From: Eledone cirrhosa
Taxonomy: Eukaryota
Reading direction: 5' to 3'
NCBI GenBank assembly: GCA_964016885.1
Contig: OZ024752.1
Location: 10,416,001-10,480,000, forward strand
DNA: 64,000 nucleotides
In this document: positions 54,854 to 64,000 of the stretch, piece by piece
Layout of the letters: the number at the start of each line of letters is the position of its first letter
Position numbering within the stretch: position 1 is the first letter of the stretch
The notes under the pieces: generated by a model
Database searches by the model: none
The model's input: only the letters and a program-made list of their open reading frames with translations
Told to the model about the DNA's origin: nothing
Made by a program: the position numbers and the translations under genes

Positions 54854-56242
54854 TATAAATATTGTATCTGGGAGAGATGTAGAGGTATGGATAAAGGTTT
54901 TATGTTACTCGTTCCAGCACTTAGCCCTCTGAACTCAAAACACGTCTATTTCAACTTTGACTTTAATTCTTTCAAGTCGGTAAATAATAGCTCAGTAATA
55001 AGCAGGACTCATTCTCTATATCCCTCCTCTACACTGCTCTGTCATTCTCTCTATCATTCACGAAGAAACAACGGACCCCACCAGCTGTACGTAATTACTA
55101 CGCCACACATAAAATCTATCAGGAAGTATGGGACCTAACATAGATACAGTTTAGCATCAATGTAGACTTTATTCAATCCATTAGCATGCATCTTCGTATA
55201 TATTCTCTAGATTTGGTTTTGATTTTAAGAAAGTTTATACATATACAATCTGTAACCCCTAAAGAAAAACTGTAGCCAACAAATGTTATTGGTTTATAAA
55301 ACTGTATAAAGAAATCAGTCTCACACACATGTACCCCAGGTCCGAACACAGAGGAACCAACCTCCCACTGTCAGCCACATTCATGTGTTTCACTACAGCA
55401 TACGTATATATTGTGTTACTATAACCGTCCCGAGTGACTTGGTAGATATTTGTTTGTCTATATATTGGAGACTGAGGTCATACGCTTACTTCATGCTGTA
55501 TGTTTTTATAGTGTTGATAGATGAATTATACATATGGCTATGATGGATAATCAGAAAAACGTCCATATTTGGAAAGTTACCAAATAAAAACTTTGCCTCA
55601 TCTATGTGTCGTATCTTGCCAGATTTCACAATAAAAGATAGAGGCATTAGTATTTATTTTATAATAAAATAAATGCTAATGTATATATATATATATACAC
55701 ACACACACATATAAATATATATATACATATTACTCAGCCTGCATATACATTAGAATAATTACACAACTATAGAATAAATGCCAATGCTTATATTCTAATG
55801 AAGTCCAAAGGTGGAGATAAAATCCCTCAATAATCCCTTATAATATTGTCATATTCGAAGGTTTGTACACTTTGATTTACTCCTTTAATAAATGTCTATA
55901 TACCGCGCCATCCGTAGATGTTATATTCTTTAACAGGGTGGTATTTTATCCCCTATTGTCTGACAAAATGTGTTATGTGTATTTCTCTCATGACTATAAT
56001 ATATAACTGCGGATATAATGCGTTTAGAATATTGATAACTGAGATAACACGATAAAACCGAGTGTGAGACGAGACAATTAATTAATAGACGATATACTAG
56101 AATAAATCTAATATAGAAATTCGATAGAGTTAAGCTATATTAATCGTAGGATCTAATTGACACACCGCCATTAAATATTTATGACTAAGTTTTGATAGTT
56201 TTGTAAAATGTCCATAGTAATCTGAAAGTGTGTAAAGAGACG

Positions 56243-56323
<81 letters not shown>

Positions 56324-56337
56324 TGTATATATACGAC

Positions 56338-56659
56338 TACTACTAAAACTCTCTGATGTTGAGCTCGTCTCTAATTTAGTACAGCCAAGATGGCGCTTAA
56401 TTGGAAAATTATTTACAGGAAGTTGTCCCTGAAATATAAATGGAATACACATTTCGCATCAATTGGAAGACAGGTCCAGAGACGAGAGTTTTTTTCCGGT
56501 ACCTCCATAGGTAGAGAGAGAAAGAGATAGTGCTCGTGAGAGGTAAATTAAAAATTTCATTTTCCATTATATATATATCTCTGTACATAATTTAATTATT
56601 TAAAACCTATGCTTAAGTTAAGGCTGAAAGCACCAATTCTTTGCTTAAACTTTAATCTG

Positions 56660-56705
<46 letters not shown>

Positions 56706-56995
56706 CTAAAACTGCGATTGTGCACTCTAATTTAATACTGCCAAAATGGCCCATAATGGGAAAGTAATTTGAAAGGAAGTCTTCCTTAAAATGGGAATAC
56801 AGATGTAATACAAGTTTCGCATCAATCGGAAGCCAGGTCCAGAGACGAGACTTTTTTCCGGGTACCTTCATAAGTAGAGAGAGAAAGATGGAGAGAAAGA
56901 GAGAGAGAGCGGTTGTGACAGTCAAATTAAAAATTTCATTTTACATTATATATATATATGTATATAATTGAATTATTTAAAACTTATGTTTACGT
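56338..56995 (+). repeat. Two diverged ~285-bp direct repeats, each starting after (TA)n
   Basis: 56338-56618 and 56701-56995 share tactaaaact..ccaagatggc..tttcgcatcaat.ggaag.caggtccagagacgaga..aaattaaaaatttcatttt. Confidence 0.8.
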
Positions 56996-57225
56996 GAACA
57001 TTATTAATAAGATGTATTTTCAAGTGAACGTCAACCAACGGTTCCCGAATGGTCTGGTGTATATATATATATATATATATATAGGCTGAGAATAGGTGCT
57101 AATATGCTATAATGAATGTGTCTAAAAGCGACCATATGTATGTATATATATGAGAAAATGTATATAAATAAGTAAATATATATATATGTGGATAGTTAGA
57201 TGTATGTGTATTCGTGTATTAAAGT

Positions 57226-57280
<55 letters not shown>

Positions 57281-57803
57281 GACAGGAGTATGTATGTATA
57301 TATGTGTGTGTCTATACGTGTGTATATGAAGATAAGTTGAGTATGAAAATGTATATACATGAATGCGTATGTATGTGCATGTATATGTGTATATATATGT
57401 GCAGGTATATATGTATATAGGTATGAGCATGCAAGTATGTGTATGTGAGCGTATGTATTTTGTAGAGGTGTGCATATATGTTTGTGTGTGAATGTGTGGG
57501 CGAACGGATATGTACACTTGAAAGAAAAATTTAAGTCTGAATGTTAATTAAGTGCAAACACAAAACCAACCATGCATATCTTTACTGTCTCTAATCCTTC
57601 TATAGATTTAGAAAAATAACCAACGCCAAATAATGTATTCTATAAAAATGTCAAAACAATAGATGGTGAATCTAATTACTCACTGCTACCAAAAATTCTC
57701 ACTGCTATCAAAGAAATATCTATCCACTCCCTTAACTATTCTTCTAACAACTTCACCCCTCCCTCTTAATATTCTCTATAAAAACCAAACAGGTTCTCAA
57801 TAA

Positions 57804-57926
57804 AATTATTCTGATGAAATGATAGTTGATAATAACATTGAAATATTGAGTGTCTGCATAATTAATACTTTGTAGATAGCAGCTGTTTTCAGGTTATGTA
57901 ACTGTTATTGAAACACGTGTCAATAA
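57804..57926 (+). ncRNA. Two adjacent hammerhead-like motifs (first with canonical core, second degenerate)
   Basis: CTGATGA aatg..catt GAAA tattgagtg TC, then TTGTAGA tagcag..ctgttatt GAAAC acgt GTC aataaa. Confidence 0.5.
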
Positions 57927-57960
57927 ATTCCTTTTAACTGAACTGTATCCATTTAAATCC

Positions 57961-57996
<36 letters not shown>

Positions 57997-58370
57997 GCTC
58001 AACATTGTAGGGCATTGCTTTGTTCGTATGTGTTATAGTTTTTGTAGTTCTGTATATATTGCAAGGAGAAAGAGGTTGCACACAATTTGGATTCTATATT
58101 TCTATATTAATGTTCGACATAACAGAATAAATCTATTTGAAGAATGTTTTGAAATAATAAAATGCAATAGATGGGGGTTATACGACATTCTCAAGAATAC
58201 TGATCATTCAATAATTAGAAAGTAAATCATGTTACATGGAGTCAATCTACTTGATTAGATGTATAGTATTACCTAATGGTGCTACGCAAATAATCACTGA
58301 ACTGAAAGAAGGGATCGCATTATAGATTTGAATATAAATGGGCTAATTTCTCTCGCCTTCTCTCTCTGTC

Positions 58371-58420
<50 letters not shown>

Positions 58421-58949
58421 ATAGTAATAATAATAAATTTGAAGACTAAAATCCAAAGAAGCCTCAATAAAGATAAATATATATCAAATATATAAGAACC
58501 GTAGAGCAAATATTTATTATATATATATATATATCAATCGATATCTCCTATCTCCCCCTCCATCAATCTCTTATTCTCTCCCTCTATCTATCCCTCACTC
58601 TCTCTCAATCTCTCCTTCTATATCTCTCAATCTATCCATCAATATATATATCATGCTTAATATATGTTTAATATAGAAATGACTTCTATAGGACTAGCAC
58701 TGTTTCATTGAAAATAAATTATGATATTTACACTCTGCTAATGTATTGAATACCTTACATATTGTGGTAACCCTGGCTAGAACCAGGGACTCGCACGTAC
58801 GTACGTCCGTATGTGCGTGCGTTTAATTCTTTATTCATAATACAAATAACCTCAGCACAAGTCTTTGCTCATTTATTCTTATGTCTTTCTTGACTCTAAT
58901 ATAGATTTCAAAGTTGATTGAAATTAAATCCTAAATTAGGAACATTATA

Positions 58950-59488
58950 CGGACACCATGCTTTGACGCATTGAGTTATGGCCCTTTGCCATTCTGAGTT
59001 CAAATCCCGTCGAGGTTAACTTTGCCTTTCATCCTTACAGGGTCGATAAAATAAAGTACCAGTAATTCACTGGGAATTTGCTGGACTTGTGCCAAAAGTA
59101 GAAACAATTATATTATGTCGGACTCTATGCTTTGCAGCATAGAGTTACGGCCCTTTATGATCTGAGTTCAAATTCGGCCGAGGTTAGCTTTGCCTTACAT
59201 CCTTACGGGGTCGATAAAATAGAGTACCAGTAATACACTGGGATAATCGCTGGCCTTGTGCTAAAATTAGAAACTATTATATTATAAAACTAAAGTGTGT
59301 TGGATTCGTAGTATCGGTAGAGGGTCGGTCACCATGCTTTGACACAGAGTTATGGCTCTTGCCATTCTGTGTTCAAATCCCACCGAGGTTAACTTTGCCT
59401 TTCATCCTTATGGGGTCGATAAAATAAAATACCAGTAATGTACTGGGATAATTGCTGGCCTTGTGCCAAAAGTAGAAACAATTATATT
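58950..59488 (+). mobile_element. Three head-to-tail SINE family 1 copies
   Basis: 58950-59110, 59117-59280 and 59295-59488. Confidence 0.88.
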
Positions 59489-60272
59489 ATGAATCTTGAC
59501 GGAAGAATGATATACTGCTTCCCCCAACAACTCACAATGTATGGTTTCTTCTATTTTACACTCAACAATCTCGGAATATACGCGAAATTCTGGGGCAGTA
59601 CTGAATGGCTTAAGCAGATTTAACTAAGTCCAATAGATACCATTGAATCTCTTGATCTTCCTAAATTTCTACTTCAATTTCAGAATTATTTCATAGAATG
59701 ATTTGAATTTAGAGGCAATTATCTGTTGTAATTTTATTTGTTTCCATTCATAATTTATTGTTGCATTATTATTTCGATATTTCTGCACAGTTGACCTCAC
59801 AATCTATTTTCAGAACATGTCGAAAGATCCGCCTCTGACGTTAATAAATCCGACAAAATTGTTCACTTCCAGTAATTAAATTCTTCTTGCTTTTGGATCA
59901 CATGCAACAAAGTTGATCTAATAACTTTGACAAATTAATATGTCTAACAATTCAACTATATTAGAAAATCAGACGTGAGCGTAAGCTGACAGTTACAGCT
60001 TTATATTTGTCTATATTAAACAGCGTTACCTGATTCTTTATTCTAATACTGATAGAAGGAGTGGTGTGAAATAAAGCGGAACACTAGACACATTGCAACA
60101 TATTACTAGCTTCTTCAGTTTATAGTTGTACTGAAATTCAAGGAATATGATTAACGTTATTAAACTTACAGAATGGACTCACTGTAGATGTATTAGTGAA
60201 AATATTTCTCTAACGTGATCTGTGTGCTTGATGAGATTACAACTAAGAGAATACATATATGTATATAGATAA

Positions 60273-60645
60273 TATGTATAAATATTTCGTATTTCCAAAG
60301 AAATACAGTTTTAGGAAGCCGTAGCTCTGCAAACACCGTGGGGCTAAAACCCTCTGGTGATGTCCAGCAGAAGCAAGGGGGGACAACCGTCTATGCATTT
60401 CAGGCTTCACTGACCTTCGTCAGGACGGTCCCTCCCACCGCTTGCGACTGCTGGACTAGAAGACAGGCGAGTATATATACTTTTCTCGTCTGTGTAAATG
60501 AGGTGATTAATCTCATTTGCATATGAAGCTGCATAAGTTGGCTCAACTTAAAATTTAAAAAAAAACAGGATTTCGCTTCAAGCAGAACTTTATACAATAT
60601 GTATAAATATTTCGTATCTCCAGACAAATACAGTTTTAGGAACTA
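60273..60645 (-). mobile_element. PLE pseudo-LTR family B copy plus partial tandem
   Basis: 60273-60470 matches 25767-25958; its first ~50 bp recur at 60595-60643. Confidence 0.75.
60386..60429 (-). ncRNA. Minimal type I hammerhead ribozyme motif (intact)
   Basis: Minus strand: accgtc CTGACGA aggt-cagtgaa-gcct GAAA tgca TA gacggt; perfect 6-bp stem I and palindromic stem III. Confidence 0.85.
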
Positions 60646-60917
60646 AGCACACAACACACACAAAAACAAGATGGCGTAGGACAGAACAAAGGAGAGGCAG
60701 AAAACAAAGAAAAGAATCGCCAATCACTGAAGAGGTCAAAGAATGTGTGACGAAAGAACTTTGACAATATATGAAAAACCGTCCGGTTGTGGAACCAACC
60801 AACCGGAAATTTATAAATATTTTTTTTCATTTATAATTTAATTTATAATAAATTGGAGTGAATGTATCTGGTGCGCGTGTTTTTTATTGGCAACATGGCC
60901 CTACCAAAGTATGCACA

Positions 60918-63828
<2,911 letters not shown>

Positions 63829-63951
63829 ATATACATATATATATATATATATACATATATACATATACACATATATATATATACACACATATACATATAC
63901 ATATACACATATACATATATATATACACACATATACATATATACACATATA

Positions 63952-63989
<38 letters not shown>

Positions 63990-64000
63990 CATATATACAT
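63829..64000. repeat. (TA)n/(TACA)n microsatellite
   Basis: Directly visible. Confidence 0.95.

Overview
Eukaryotic, AT-rich, repeat-dominated DNA. The repeat families and very long (TA)n/(CA)n tracts suggest an octopus (coleoid cephalopod) intronic or intergenic region; this is inference. I find no credible host protein-coding gene, and most long ORFs in the track are microsatellite artefacts. Recognisable content: about 25 copies of a tRNA-head SINE with a Nin/Deu-like domain, often in tandem; a second tRNA-head SINE family; decayed LINE fragments (Vingi/ingi-like, RTE, R4/Dong, L1/Tx1, CR1/L2-like, CRE-like); an internally deleted mariner and mariner MITEs; and Penelope-like element (PLE) debris. 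The most notable signal is about 18 type I hammerhead-ribozyme (HHR) motifs from several unrelated families. At least five have fully canonical cores, and several share non-canonical CCGA/CAGA cores. Many sit in direct or inverted pseudo-LTR or retrozyme-like units next to (TA)n. A GC-rich PLE reverse-transcriptase pseudogene near the end carries 11 identical copies of a 50-bp piece of its own coding sequence. All calls were made by eye, and coordinates are approximate to a few bases.
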